From Patescibacteria group bacterium (lineage in GTDB: Bacteria; Patescibacteriota; Patescibacteriia; UBA9570): a DNA stretch of 64,000 nt. This document shows positions 26,280 through 36,157 of this stretch, piece by piece (the first letter of the stretch is position 1; each line of letters starts with the position of its first letter). The stretch spans positions 113,909 to 177,908 of the forward strand of contig JBAZWO010000001.1 in the NCBI GenBank assembly GCA_041660305.1. Reading direction: 5' to 3'. The translations under genes and the position numbers were made by a program. A model generated the notes under the pieces. The model did not search any database, was not told where the DNA came from, and was given only the letters and a program-made list of their open reading frames with translations.

Positions 26280-26606
26280 ATGTTTATTCGTCCACAACAA
26301 TCTAACACCATTGAATTACAACATCGTTTACAATATATCGCTAAAAAATTTCGTAAAAAACCAACCGTAACTGAACAAAAATTATGGCAATATTTACGAA
26401 ATCGTAAATTAAATGGTTTAAAATTTAATCGACAACATCCAATCTATCAATACATTGCTGATTTTTATTGCCATGAGTATAAGTTGATTAGGGATTTAAT
26501 GTTAAAAAAATATGACTATACCGTATTACGTTTTAATAATGAACAAGTGATGAATAATATTAGTTATGTGTTAAAACAAATTAAATCTACTCCCCCTTCT
26601 CCTTAG
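26280..26606 (+). CDS. DUF559-type endonuclease-like protein, apparently with an internal deletion (possible pseudogene)
   Basis: PTVTEQKLWQYLRNRKLNGLKFNRQHPIYQYIADFYCHEYKLI matches DUF559. The expected catalytic core (...IEVDG...) is missing. The C-terminal residues and stop come from the family A repeat. Confidence 0.5.
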   Translation: MFIRPQQSNTIELQHRLQYIAKKFRKKPTVTEQKLWQYLRNRKLNGLKFNRQHPIYQYIADFYCHEYKLIRDLMLKKYDYTVLRFNNEQVMNNISYVLKQIKSTPPSP

Positions 26607-26674
26607 AGGAGAAGGGGGTTGGGGGGATGAGGTAGGATGTTTAAATTAGGGAGAGGGGGCTAGGGGGATGAGGT
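26590..26674. repeat. family A repeat
   Basis: cccccttctccttagaggagaaggggg ... ctagggggatgaggtc. Confidence 0.75.
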
Positions 26675-26677
26675 CTA

Positions 26678-27331
26678 TTATTGCAAAGTCTGTAAAGCCT
26701 CTTCCCATTCTTCTAACGTATACACTCCGGTTAGTTTCACGCCGTTTACAAAATAAGTTGGGGTACGATCTACTCCCGCTAACACGCCGGCATCAAAATC
26801 TTGTTGCACCTCTTCCTGATATTTTTGACTGCTTAAACAGCTGGCAAATTGGGTACCGTTTAATTTTAACTTATCCGCCCAGGTTTGAAAAATATTAGCT
26901 TGAGTAATATTTTTTTGTTCAGCAAACATTAAATCATGATACGCCCAAAACTTGTTCTGCTCATTAGCACAATTTGCCGCTAACGCTGCCGGCCAGGCTT
27001 GCGCGTGTAATGTAGTAAGTGGAAAATCTCGATACACAAATAAAATATCATTAGGATATTTTTGCACTAATTGTCGCTCAATAGCATAAGCCTGTTCACA
27101 ATACGGACACTGAAAATCCTCGAACGCAATAATTTGCATAGGCGCTTTAGCATTGCCCATCGCCGGATCGTTATCGATAGTTGGTAATATAACACCTAGG
27201 TTATTAACTGGGTTTGCATTTGATAAAACAGTTTTGTTACTACTCCACCAAACATAACCAAACGCTACTGCACCAATAGCCCCACAAATAATTAATAAAC
27301 TAACAACAAGTTTTCCACCAGTATTTTCCAT
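26678..27331 (-). CDS. DsbA-family thiol:disulfide oxidoreductase (membrane-anchored)
   Basis: N-terminal TM plus FEDFQCPYCEQAY, a CPYC active site. Confidence 0.7.
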   Translation of the reverse strand: MENTGGKLVVSLLIICGAIGAVAFGYVWWSSNKTVLSNANPVNNLGVILPTIDNDPAMGNAKAPMQIIAFEDFQCPYCEQAYAIERQLVQKYPNDILFVYRDFPLTTLHAQAWPAALAANCANEQNKFWAYHDLMFAEQKNITQANIFQTWADKLKLNGTQFASCLSSQKYQEEVQQDFDAGVLAGVDRTPTYFVNGVKLTGVYTLEEWEEALQTLQ

Positions 27332-27368
27332 ATTATTTTAATATCTGTTCTTTAAGTATACAAAAAAG

Positions 27369-27396
27369 CGTGGTTTTACGCCACGCTAATTTGTGC
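27369..27396 (-). terminator. rho-independent terminator downstream of murB
   Basis: On the minus strand: AGCGTGGcgtaaaaCCACGCTTTTTTG. Confidence 0.6.
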
Positions 27397-27489
27397 TGAA
27401 CTAGCAATTACAATTGCCACCACAGCAGTCTCCACCTTGTTTCATAAAATTTAGTAATAAATAATTAAACTAGCACAATTAGTGTACCA

Positions 27490-28383
27490 TCAAAACCCTA
27501 CATAGTCAACTTCTTCCATTAATTGGACGCCGGTTTTATCACGCACTTGCTGTTTTACATAAGAAATTAATTGCACAAGATCATTCACGGTAGCTGTACC
27601 GGTATTTAATATAAAATTGCCGTGTTTTTCAGAAATCTTCGCTCCGCCTATTTGATAACCTTTTAAGCCTAACTCATCAATTAGCTGTCCAGCGGATTTA
27701 GTAGTTTGCGTAAGTGGATTTCGAAAAGCACAACCAGCACAAGCTACACCAATATCTTGTTGTTCGGATTTTAATTTAGTTAACGTTAACACAGTTTGTT
27801 TTAGTTCAGCCACGGGTTTGGTTTGTAAATTAAACGTAGCCGCTAAAATAACCCAGCGTTCGTGTTTAAAACGGCTAGCACGATAACTAAATTGGCAAGC
27901 TTGGTTAGAAAATGTTTTCTTATTGCCGGCTAAATCACACACTTCTACACTGTGCAATACTTGGCTAATATCTGAACCACGACAACCTAAATTCGCCCAA
28001 ATAGCGCCCCCAATCGAAGCCGGCACACCACTGGCATATTCCAAACCACTGAACCCCTGTTGCATGCAAAAACGAATTGCTCCATTTATTGGTACCCCCG
28101 CTTCAGCATATAGCTGTTGCTCATTAATAATCCGTTGTTGATTAAGCTCCATTTTAATTACTAAACCAGGAAAACCACGTTCACTTACTAAAATATCGCT
28201 ACCACCGCCTAAAATAAATACCGGAATTTTTTCTGCTTGAGCCATTTGCAAAGCCGTGATGACCTGGGCTTTGTTTTTGGCGCGCAAAAACAAGCGCGCC
28301 ACGCCGCCTAACTTAAATGTGGTAAAGGGAGCTAGCGCCACGTTTTGCTCTATTTGCTCTATTGTTGATAATTGGTTAAACAT
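27490..28383 (-). CDS. murB: UDP-N-acetylenolpyruvoylglucosamine reductase
   Basis: FAD-binding N-terminus (FTTFKLGGVARLFL...IPVFILGGGSD). Confidence 0.8.
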   Translation of the reverse strand: MFNQLSTIEQIEQNVALAPFTTFKLGGVARLFLRAKNKAQVITALQMAQAEKIPVFILGGGSDILVSERGFPGLVIKMELNQQRIINEQQLYAEAGVPINGAIRFCMQQGFSGLEYASGVPASIGGAIWANLGCRGSDISQVLHSVEVCDLAGNKKTFSNQACQFSYRASRFKHERWVILAATFNLQTKPVAELKQTVLTLTKLKSEQQDIGVACAGCAFRNPLTQTTKSAGQLIDELGLKGYQIGGAKISEKHGNFILNTGTATVNDLVQLISYVKQQVRDKTGVQLMEEVDYVGF

Positions 28384-29762
28384 AATTCTTCCGCTATAGT
28401 ATAAATATCGCCCGCGCCAACAATTAATACTATATCATTGGCTCGAACTTGTTCAGCCAATAACTGCTTAGTATTAATATGCTTGGCTGAATAAAAAACT
28501 TGCTGTTCGCTAGAAGGTATCGCTTGCACTAAATCATTGGATGAAATCGCTTGATCGGATTGTTCTTCTCGACCTACTACATCAAATATTTCTTGAATAA
28601 TTAGTATATCAACATTATGAAACGCATCAATAAATTGATCGAATAATTTTAACGTCCGATTATGTTGGTGTGGCTGAAACACCATTACAATTCTTTGTTG
28701 TGGATAGCGCTCTTTAGTGGCTTTTAATAAATTACGAATCGCTGTGGGATGATGGGCATAATCAGAAATCACCAACGCATCATGATACGTGCCTACTACT
28801 TCAAACCGGCGAGCGGTACCGGTAAAGCGTTTTAACCCTTCATAAATTTTATCCGGCGTAACACCAATCGCCGTGGCATAGCTAATTACCGCTAAGGCAT
28901 TGTACACATTAAAATCACCCGGCACGTTTAATTCGTAAGTAGTACCATTTACGGTAAAATGCTGCACGTTTTTATATTTTAAAATAGTGTGCGCTCGAAT
29001 ATGCGCCCGCCGATTTAAACCATAGGTAATTGTTTTGCCGGAGTAATGAATCATGGCACTGCCTGGATCATCAATGTTTTGTACAAACACGCCATTAGTT
29101 GGCAGCTTATTAACATAGGTTTGAAAAGTGTCTTGAATATGTGCCAGATTACGATAATAATCTAAATGATCCGCTTCAATATTAGTTAATACAATAGCGT
29201 TTGGACATAGCTCTAACATATGCGCATTATGTTCACAGGCCTCAATCACACAATACTCGTTATTGGCACTGGTACGAATATTACTATTTAACACCGGTAC
29301 GGTACTACCAATTAAAGCCGTGGGGTCTAAGCCAGCCGCTTCTAACACTAAGGTTAACATGGCCGTAGTAGTGGTTTTACCGTGGGTACCAGATACGGCA
29401 ATGCGTTGGTGAAATAGGCTCATGAATTCACCTAACGCGTGAAAATAAGTACATTTTTTTTGATTCAACCTTAATGAACGAATAGCCTGTCGCTCAATAT
29501 TATCAGCCGGCACTGCATCAGAATATACAAATAAATCGGCTTTAGCCGGCACATTACTAGCCGCCTGTGGCACGGCTACAACAATTCCTTCCGCTCGTAA
29601 CGCTTTAGTAATAGCCGTTTCAGCTACATCCGAACCGCTCACCTGTTTGCCTTGCGCCTTTAGCAAACGTGCCAAGCCACTTACCCCAGCTCCGCCGATA
29701 CCCAAACAATACACTTGTTTTATTTCAGAAAAGTTCATAGCAATATTATAGCATAATATCAA
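28359..29762 (-). CDS. murC: UDP-N-acetylmuramate--L-alanine ligase
   Basis: CLGIGGAGVSGLARLLKAQGKQVSGSD and Mur ligase central GTHGKTTTT. The true start is probably MNFSEIK. Confidence 0.8.
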   Translation of the reverse strand: MILCYNIAMNFSEIKQVYCLGIGGAGVSGLARLLKAQGKQVSGSDVAETAITKALRAEGIVVAVPQAASNVPAKADLFVYSDAVPADNIERQAIRSLRLNQKKCTYFHALGEFMSLFHQRIAVSGTHGKTTTTAMLTLVLEAAGLDPTALIGSTVPVLNSNIRTSANNEYCVIEACEHNAHMLELCPNAIVLTNIEADHLDYYRNLAHIQDTFQTYVNKLPTNGVFVQNIDDPGSAMIHYSGKTITYGLNRRAHIRAHTILKYKNVQHFTVNGTTYELNVPGDFNVYNALAVISYATAIGVTPDKIYEGLKRFTGTARRFEVVGTYHDALVISDYAHHPTAIRNLLKATKERYPQQRIVMVFQPHQHNRTLKLFDQFIDAFHNVDILIIQEIFDVVGREEQSDQAISSNDLVQAIPSSEQQVFYSAKHINTKQLLAEQVRANDIVLIVGAGDIYTIAEELCLTNYQQ

Positions 29763-29765
29763 AGT

Positions 29766-29793
29766 GTAGAGACGCCCGGCCGGGCGTCTCTAC
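29766..29793. repeat. family B perfect palindrome in murC 5' region
   Basis: GTAGAGACGCccggccggGCGTCTCTAC. Confidence 0.8.
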
Positions 29794-29802
29794 TTTAATG
29801 AT

Positions 29803-30114
29803 TTATAAAGGTTCAGCTTTTGGAGAAGGGATAGATTGTATAATACGAAATATACCTTCAGTATTAGCACAATTTACTTTTTGTTTACCACCAGCCGTTT
29901 CAATTAAAAGGGGATGTTCAATTTGAACCCACCCTTTTTCGAGTTCTTTGTCTCGATTTAACATGTTTTTTAAATACTGTTTGGAATTCACCGAATCTGT
30001 TAAAACTTCAATAACGTCTGTAATTACAAACCACCACTCATTACGATAAATGGTTTTTCTAATAGTTTTGCCTCTAAATAAGGCAATTTGCGTAGTTGAG
30101 CTGGCATTGATCAT
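29803..30114 (-). CDS. Bro-N/KilA-N-like domain protein (DinD-like)
   Basis: IALFRGKTIRKTIYRNEWWFVITDVIEVL pattern. Confidence 0.45.
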   Translation of the reverse strand: MINASSTTQIALFRGKTIRKTIYRNEWWFVITDVIEVLTDSVNSKQYLKNMLNRDKELEKGWVQIEHPLLIETAGGKQKVNCANTEGIFRIIQSIPSPKAEPL

Positions 30115-30219
30115 AGTTTTTGATAGTTACCTAACCATGATTTTATGTACCTCCAAAATGAGATTAATAAAAGCATAGTCGCGTTAATTAGTGCGTATAC
30201 TTTATCATTTATACCACAG

Positions 30220-31482
30220 CTATACAAGCTTTTTCTTCATCAATTTCCCGATCATATATAATGACCCGGTAACTAACCCCAAATCTTTAGGTTGCAACAT
30301 TGTTTGTAATTTTTGATAAGCTAAAATAGGATCTTTTTGCAAAATAATTTTAAGACGCGGATTTAATTGTCGGGCAACTTGCCGCAAAGTTAGCAAAGAC
30401 ATGCCTTGATCAAACGAAGTTAAAATTAATACATCGGTAAATTTTAATAACGATCGCAAAGTGGCAGTGGCATCTTTTGAATATTTTAAGGCCAACAACA
30501 CTATCACTTGATTATAATCTTTAACTTTAACTACTTGGCGCAAAGAATCGGTAAAAGCGCGCATTTTTTGCGGATTATGCGCGCCGTCTATAATTATTAA
30601 TGGCTGTTTACTTACTACTTGAAAACGCGCTTTAGATTTAACCTGTTTTAAGCCTTGATAAATAGCCGTTTTATTTACATGCAACGCTTTAGCTACTGTA
30701 ATTGCCAAAATAGCATTGCGCACCTGATATTTACCTACTAAATTTAACTGCACATTTTTAAAAGTTTTATAATTAAATACCGTGCCGGTTAAATTTTGTT
30801 TTAAAATATCAGCCTCATTTAAATTAAGCTGGCGGCCGCATTTTACATAAGTTGAGCCGGTTAAACCGATACAGCCCGGCTTAATAATAACTTCTTTTTC
30901 TTTGGCAATCGCCCGCTTGGTTTTGCCCAATAAATCAGTGTGGTCTAGGCCAACATCTGTTACCACCGCTACTTTAGGAGTAACAACATTAGTGGCGTCT
31001 AACCGTCCGCCTACTCCCACTTCGATCACGGCATAATCAACTTGACTTTGGGCAAAATAATACAAAGCCAGCACGGTAAATAATTCAAAATAAGTGAGCT
31101 GTAAATCTTTGATTTTTTCCCAAACAGAATTCAATAATTTCACAAAAGCAGTTTCACCAATACTGCGGCCGTTAATTACCAATCGTTCCAACGGCCCGGT
31201 TAGATGCGGTGAAGTATAAATGCCGGTTTTGTAACCAGCTGAACGCAGAATAGAGTAAATCATCTGGCAAGTAGACCCTTTGCCAGAAGTGCCACCCACA
31301 TGAATCACTTTATATTTTAACTGCGGATTGTCTAATCTAACCACCGCTTGCTGTACGCGTTCCAATGTATAACAACCAGTGCCGCGCTTAGCATCTTGCT
31401 TATGTAAATAATGCTCGATATCGGCTAAAGAGGTAAAAAATGGCATAAGCACATTATAGCTAGCTTGCCTCTTTTTCGACAC
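30220..31482 (-). CDS. folC: folylpolyglutamate synthase / dihydrofolate synthase (Mur ligase family)
   Basis: VGGTSGKGST P-loop and Mur-ligase central and C-terminal domains. Confidence 0.65.
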   Translation of the reverse strand: MSKKRQASYNVLMPFFTSLADIEHYLHKQDAKRGTGCYTLERVQQAVVRLDNPQLKYKVIHVGGTSGKGSTCQMIYSILRSAGYKTGIYTSPHLTGPLERLVINGRSIGETAFVKLLNSVWEKIKDLQLTYFELFTVLALYYFAQSQVDYAVIEVGVGGRLDATNVVTPKVAVVTDVGLDHTDLLGKTKRAIAKEKEVIIKPGCIGLTGSTYVKCGRQLNLNEADILKQNLTGTVFNYKTFKNVQLNLVGKYQVRNAILAITVAKALHVNKTAIYQGLKQVKSKARFQVVSKQPLIIIDGAHNPQKMRAFTDSLRQVVKVKDYNQVIVLLALKYSKDATATLRSLLKFTDVLILTSFDQGMSLLTLRQVARQLNPRLKIILQKDPILAYQKLQTMLQPKDLGLVTGSLYMIGKLMKKKLV

Positions 31483-31523
31483 TGGACAAAATCGAAAAAA
31501 TGTGATAAAATATTATCATAATT

Positions 31524-32231
31524 ATGAGAACTGGAGTAGAAAAATTACATAGACCAGTAGACAAAAAACAAAATCCTTGGTTGGCACGTGGAGTGGCAGC
31601 CGCGGCTTTATTAGGTATTGGCGGAACTGCTTATGAAAGATGTGCTGCACCATCAGAACCAGATCCAACTGCTGATACAAACCCAGATACAACGAATGAT
31701 AGCAACGATAAAAAACCTATTCCGAGAACAACGAGAGACGTTGCAACACAAGCCTTGCCGCTTAATCTAGAACCTGCAAAACCATCAATGATAAATGATT
31801 TAAAAAAATGGCAAGAAATAGAATCAGAAGGAACTTATACTTTGCCTAGCCGTGTTGATTTAATTAATGATTTATTTTCCGCTTTGTCTCAAGACATAAA
31901 AGATAACCTCGTTGTTCGCGCTGACAAAAATACTGAATTAGCCATTACATTATATAATGTAAATCAAGATTCTTTGCTTTTATCAGTAAATGAATCAGGT
32001 AAATATATATTATCAACTACTAGTTATAATGAAAACAGAAGAGTTGATGTTTCTCATGATGTAGAAATGTTTGATAATGTAGATGAAGTAGTTAAATTTT
32101 TACATAAACTGAAAACAAAGCTCGACCAAAATCAACCCTCAACTGGTCCTAACCGTGCCACAGAAGCAAGTAGAGCCGGAGGAATTATGGCTGAATTTAT
32201 TAAAAATTATAGTACTAGTGAAGAAGAATAA
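31524..32231 (+). CDS. hypothetical secreted protein
   Basis: N-terminal hydrophobic segment AAAALLGIGGTAY and an acidic/Thr-rich region. Confidence 0.4.
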   Translation: MRTGVEKLHRPVDKKQNPWLARGVAAAALLGIGGTAYERCAAPSEPDPTADTNPDTTNDSNDKKPIPRTTRDVATQALPLNLEPAKPSMINDLKKWQEIESEGTYTLPSRVDLINDLFSALSQDIKDNLVVRADKNTELAITLYNVNQDSLLLSVNESGKYILSTTSYNENRRVDVSHDVEMFDNVDEVVKFLHKLKTKLDQNQPSTGPNRATEASRAGGIMAEFIKNYSTSEEE

Positions 32232-32274
32232 TAGGTATATAATTCTTTAAAATAAACTCCATCCAGCGCTACGC

Positions 32275-32601
32275 TTAAACAATCCGTACACCATTTTGTT
32301 TTATTTCCGCCACCAAAGAAGATGTAATGACGCTGAAATCTTTTGGACAAAAACCAACCGGTTCAATCATGGGGTCAAGATTTTTTGGCCGCTTCTGCCA
32401 CAAATATTGCAAAGCCTGCCAGGGCTGTTTAAATTTTGCAGAAATAATACAAACATCAACATCGCTCCAGCGGTGCTGTGTTCCTTTGGCATACGATCCG
32501 AATAGATATACTTGTTTTACCGGTATATTATCTGTTTCGATGTCCTTGACAAATGCGTTAATAGAATTAATTATTTTTTTGGATATTCGTTTTTTAACCA
32601 T
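32275..32601 (-). CDS. minimal nucleotidyltransferase (MNT), paralog of 3937..4266
   Basis: LFGSYAKGTQHRWSDVDVCIIS. Confidence 0.75.
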   Translation of the reverse strand: MVKKRISKKIINSINAFVKDIETDNIPVKQVYLFGSYAKGTQHRWSDVDVCIISAKFKQPWQALQYLWQKRPKNLDPMIEPVGFCPKDFSVITSSLVAEIKQNGVRIV

Positions 32602-32623
32602 AAAAACATCTCTTTAGCTTTCT

Positions 32624-32761
32624 TTAAATTATCTTTTCAATCGCTAAATGTGCATAAAACAACGACGCATCATAATGTTTAGTTTTAAATAAATCCAAAG
32701 ACGTTTTCCAATTACGCTCAGCTGATTGCCTCCAATAGTTAATTTGTTCTTCAAGTATCAT
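32624..32761 (-). pseudogene. truncated HEPN N-terminal fragment (45 codons) upstream of MNT
   Basis: MILEEQINYWRQSAERNWKTSLDLFKTKHYDASLFYAHLAIEKII* looks like the first HEPN helices. It ends before any R-x4-6-H motif. Confidence 0.45.
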
Positions 32762-33026
32762 AACTGCTAAATTTTATCATTTTTTTTAAATAAAATCAAT
32801 CATGGCATTTACAAATCCCTAAATTAGGCGTAAAATAGGGAATGTAATCCTTAAATTAGACATAATATATATTCACTAAGCTACTTTTGTTGTTCATGAT
32901 TGTTTAATAAATTTTGACGTGCTGAGCAGAAAAAACATAAAAATAAACTCATTAGACGTGAAGTGAGGTAGAACGATAAGACACCTAGCGACGTCTCTGT
33001 TTAGCGCCGTCTGGGGAAAACTTGGC

Positions 33027-33440
33027 TTGAAACAAGTGTGTTTTCGTGATAACATGCTCGTACTTATGGAACAAGATACAACTAAATTAGAAATTTTACA
33101 GGCCATCAATAAATTTGCTACTCGTGTTGAAGAAAATTTTACTGAAGTTAAACAAGACATTAAAGATATTAAGAAACGGGTCACAAATCTGGAAACTAAA
33201 GTATCTTCAATTGAGACTAGAGTTGGATCACTTGAAACAGATACTAAATCAATAAGGTCTCAAATGGTAACAAAAAGTTATCTGGATGATAAGCTGTCCG
33301 ACTTGCACGGTGAAACTATTAAATTAACAAAACAAACCAATAATAAAGTCGTTAGTTTGGCTAATCATCTCCATAATGAAGAGAGTTTATCCACCAACAG
33401 TCTAAAACAAGTAATTGCTTTACCGCCATTTGCGGTTTAA
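33027..33440 (+). CDS. coiled-coil heptad-repeat protein, copy 1 (true start probably MLVLMEQ/MEQDTTK)
   Basis: VTNLETKVSSIETRVGSLETDTKSI heptads. About 90% identical to 35621..36097 apart from repeat number. Confidence 0.6.
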   Translation: MKQVCFRDNMLVLMEQDTTKLEILQAINKFATRVEENFTEVKQDIKDIKKRVTNLETKVSSIETRVGSLETDTKSIRSQMVTKSYLDDKLSDLHGETIKLTKQTNNKVVSLANHLHNEESLSTNSLKQVIALPPFAV

Positions 33441-33456
33441 GAAGCTTCACCTTTGA

Positions 33457-34566
33457 TTATTTTGTAAAATAATTTCTAAAATCTAATTGGGTAATTTTAG
33501 AAAAATCAGTTTTGCTATTTTTTGCAATATAAGTAATGGCAAAAACTGGATTTACATTATAGTCGAGTTTTTCAAAATGTAAAATTTCCCCCAAATCTTG
33601 TTTTAACTTATCGTAATCTGGTCGATACTCATTCAGGTTAAGGCCGATAGGATTGTAACACAACACCCAGCCGTAATATTTATGCCGGTGACTTTGAAAA
33701 ATGGTTTGCCAATCAGGCGCCGTACTGTCAAAAAAATGTTGATATGGATTTACGCCAAAACCATAATATGGTAAATCCGCTAAACCAAAGCCACCAAAGC
33801 GCGGCACGTTCAATTCAATCGGCATAAGCCTACCATTCTTTTCCTTAAATTCAGCGTGAATTGGTAAATTTTTTATATGCAATTTTTTATTTAATGCAGT
33901 AAATAAATCAACCACTTGCTTAGCGTAAGTATGATAAATTTCTTCATTCGTATAATACAGCAGGTGAAAATAATCCTGAATAGCAGACAGAGGATGATGA
34001 CAAAAATTCGTTATCACCGGATTACCGGTAGCATTGTAAAATAGATCAAAGGTATACTCATCACCGGTGATATACTCCTCTATCAAAAAATCATTACTAG
34101 TAAATACTTGGGATGAAAAAAATGAACCGCTCTTTTGAATTTCAACTTTAAGTTCTTGCGCTAACCGAGCTAAATTAGTTGTACTATCCATTGCTCTAAC
34201 GCCGATACCAAAGAAGCCCTGCTGTGGCTTAATGATATACTTCTTGCCCGAAGCAATTTTTACGGTCGGTAATTTATCAAGCGTGATCGCTGCAAAATAA
34301 AAATCACTGTGGCTATCCTGCAGCAGCTCACGGCATTGCTTTTTATTTTTTATCTGCTTAATTTTCTGCGGTGTAGTATTACTGGAATATTTTTCCAAAA
34401 CACTTGGTACTGATGTTTCGTCTGGTACGTAGATATAATCATCTGTCGTAAATTCCACTTTTGCGACATTGAGTTCTGCTTCAGATAACACGCTGTAGTC
34501 TTTATGATATCTCAAGGCAGTTAAAAGTGGCGACGTATAATTATGACCCGTGATGATATATTTCAT
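33457..34566 (-). CDS. ATP-grasp domain protein
   Basis: KKYIIKPQQGFFGIGV, LIEEYITGDEYTFDLF and MPIELNVPRFGG motifs. Confidence 0.6.
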   Translation of the reverse strand: MKYIITGHNYTSPLLTALRYHKDYSVLSEAELNVAKVEFTTDDYIYVPDETSVPSVLEKYSSNTTPQKIKQIKNKKQCRELLQDSHSDFYFAAITLDKLPTVKIASGKKYIIKPQQGFFGIGVRAMDSTTNLARLAQELKVEIQKSGSFFSSQVFTSNDFLIEEYITGDEYTFDLFYNATGNPVITNFCHHPLSAIQDYFHLLYYTNEEIYHTYAKQVVDLFTALNKKLHIKNLPIHAEFKEKNGRLMPIELNVPRFGGFGLADLPYYGFGVNPYQHFFDSTAPDWQTIFQSHRHKYYGWVLCYNPIGLNLNEYRPDYDKLKQDLGEILHFEKLDYNVNPVFAITYIAKNSKTDFSKITQLDFRNYFTK

Positions 34567-34688
34567 AAAATTAAAAATAGAGTTATTGGCAATAGTTTAG
34601 AAGTAAACTACATTCTGACAAATACATCCATGCATATTTATCATTTTTATTACCTAATGTTAGATATTTATATAAGAGATAATCTTTT

Positions 34689-35522
34689 TTGTCGGAATCA
34701 TTTGACACTATTGAGAACACTTGCTACCTTACACCAATGGATGCGCTGCTACTCCAAAAACTCACTCAACTTGGCCTACAAAAAAATGAAGCTAAAATCT
34801 ATTTAACAACTCTAGAATTGGGTCAAGGAACAGTGACGACTATTAGTAAAGCTGCCTATATGAACCGAACAACTGGCTATGATATTCTGGAACGTTTATG
34901 TGTGTTTGGAATTGTGAATCGCAGTCTGTTGAAGAAAAAACGTATTTATATTTCTGAGCCACCCATTCGCCTAAAATATTATCTTGAAAATAAAAAAAGA
35001 CAGGCGGAGCGGCGGATGGAAGAACTAGAAACTATGTTGCCAGATTTAAAGTCGCTCCACAATAATACCAACCTAAAACCAATCATTAAGTTTGCTGAAG
35101 GTAAAAAAGCCATGGAACAAATGTATTATCACAAGTTGGATTCTAAAAGCACCATCTACTCTATCCTGAATCAAAAAAATGTGAACCTGTTTGATGAAAT
35201 GGGATCCTTTCAATCGCTTGAACGCTTCAAACGAGGCATTAAAGAAAAAGTTTTGGCCATAGAAAATGACGAAGGTGTTGAGTGGTATAAAAAAATATAT
35301 GGAAAAAATAAAAAAAGACAGGCCAATACGGAATATCGCTGGATCAAAAATGAACAGCGCGGTCAAACCGGCGGTGAAATAAGTATCTTTGATGATAAAG
35401 TCAATGTGCTGCTCTCGAGCTCGACGGAAAATATGGCCTTTGAGATACAAAGTCAAACCTTTGCCGATTTTCTAAAAGTCACGTTTGAACTGGCCTGGAC
35501 TAAAGCGCAAAATAAATTTTGA
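34689..35522 (+). CDS. TrmB-family transcriptional regulator (start probably at 34737 MDALLLQ)
   Basis: N-terminal winged helix LGLQKNEAKIYLTTLELGQGTVTTISKAA...GYDILERL. Confidence 0.6.
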   Translation: MSESFDTIENTCYLTPMDALLLQKLTQLGLQKNEAKIYLTTLELGQGTVTTISKAAYMNRTTGYDILERLCVFGIVNRSLLKKKRIYISEPPIRLKYYLENKKRQAERRMEELETMLPDLKSLHNNTNLKPIIKFAEGKKAMEQMYYHKLDSKSTIYSILNQKNVNLFDEMGSFQSLERFKRGIKEKVLAIENDEGVEWYKKIYGKNKKRQANTEYRWIKNEQRGQTGGEISIFDDKVNVLLSSSTENMAFEIQSQTFADFLKVTFELAWTKAQNKF

Positions 35523-35620
35523 ACCAAACGCCCCTGAACAGCGTTGGATTTGAATAATAATCCATGAATCCTGTTTAGCGACGGTTCTAACAAAATAGCG
35601 CCGTCTGGGGAAAACTTGGC

Positions 35621-36097
35621 TTGAAACAAGTGTGTTTTTGTGATAACATGCTCGTACTTATGGAACAAGATACCACTAAATCAGAAATTTTACAGGCCAT
35701 CAATAAATTTGCTACTAACGTTGAAGAAAATTTTACTGAAGTTAAACAAGACATTAAAGATATTAAGAAACGTGTTACAAAGCTTGAAACCAAAGTAGAA
35801 TCTATTGAAACCAAAGTAAAATCTATTGAAAACAAGGTAGGGTCTCTTGAAATTAATGTGGGATCACTAGAAACCAAAGTCGGATCACTTGATACAACTA
35901 CTACATCAATACGGGCTCAAATGGTAACAAAAAGCTATTTAGACGACAAATTGGCTGACATGTACGGAAAAAATATTACTCATACTAAACAAATCAACAC
36001 TAAAGTTGTTTCTTTAGCTAATCATCTTCGTGATGAAGGAAATTTATCCACCAACAGTCTAAAACAAGTAATTGCTTTACCGCCATTTGCGGTTTAA
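35621..36097 (+). CDS. coiled-coil heptad-repeat protein, copy 2 (three extra heptads)
   Basis: ETKVESIETKVKSIENKVGSLEINVGSLETKVGSL. The 5' and 3' 50 codons are nearly identical to copy 1. Confidence 0.6.
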   Translation: MKQVCFCDNMLVLMEQDTTKSEILQAINKFATNVEENFTEVKQDIKDIKKRVTKLETKVESIETKVKSIENKVGSLEINVGSLETKVGSLDTTTTSIRAQMVTKSYLDDKLADMYGKNITHTKQINTKVVSLANHLRDEGNLSTNSLKQVIALPPFAV

Positions 36098-36157
36098 GTA
36101 TAAATAATTTTGATTTTATCTGCCAAATTTTGAGCGGCGTTGGGCTTATTTAAAGTT

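Noticed and set aside
2550-26680. Possibility that the recurring GC-rich repeats are a CRISPR array
   Set aside because: Copies are dispersed over 60 kb, between genes. They vary from 45 to 170 bp, are internally palindromic and nested, and lack regular repeat-spacer periodicity. No cas genes are present.
35073-35877. Minus-strand ORFs antisense to the TrmB gene and to coiled-coil copy 2 (35073..35456, 35453..35668, 35587..35877), and 32894..33184 antisense to copy 1
   Set aside because: Ile/Phe-rich antisense frames. The sense genes have clear HTH or heptad-repeat structure.
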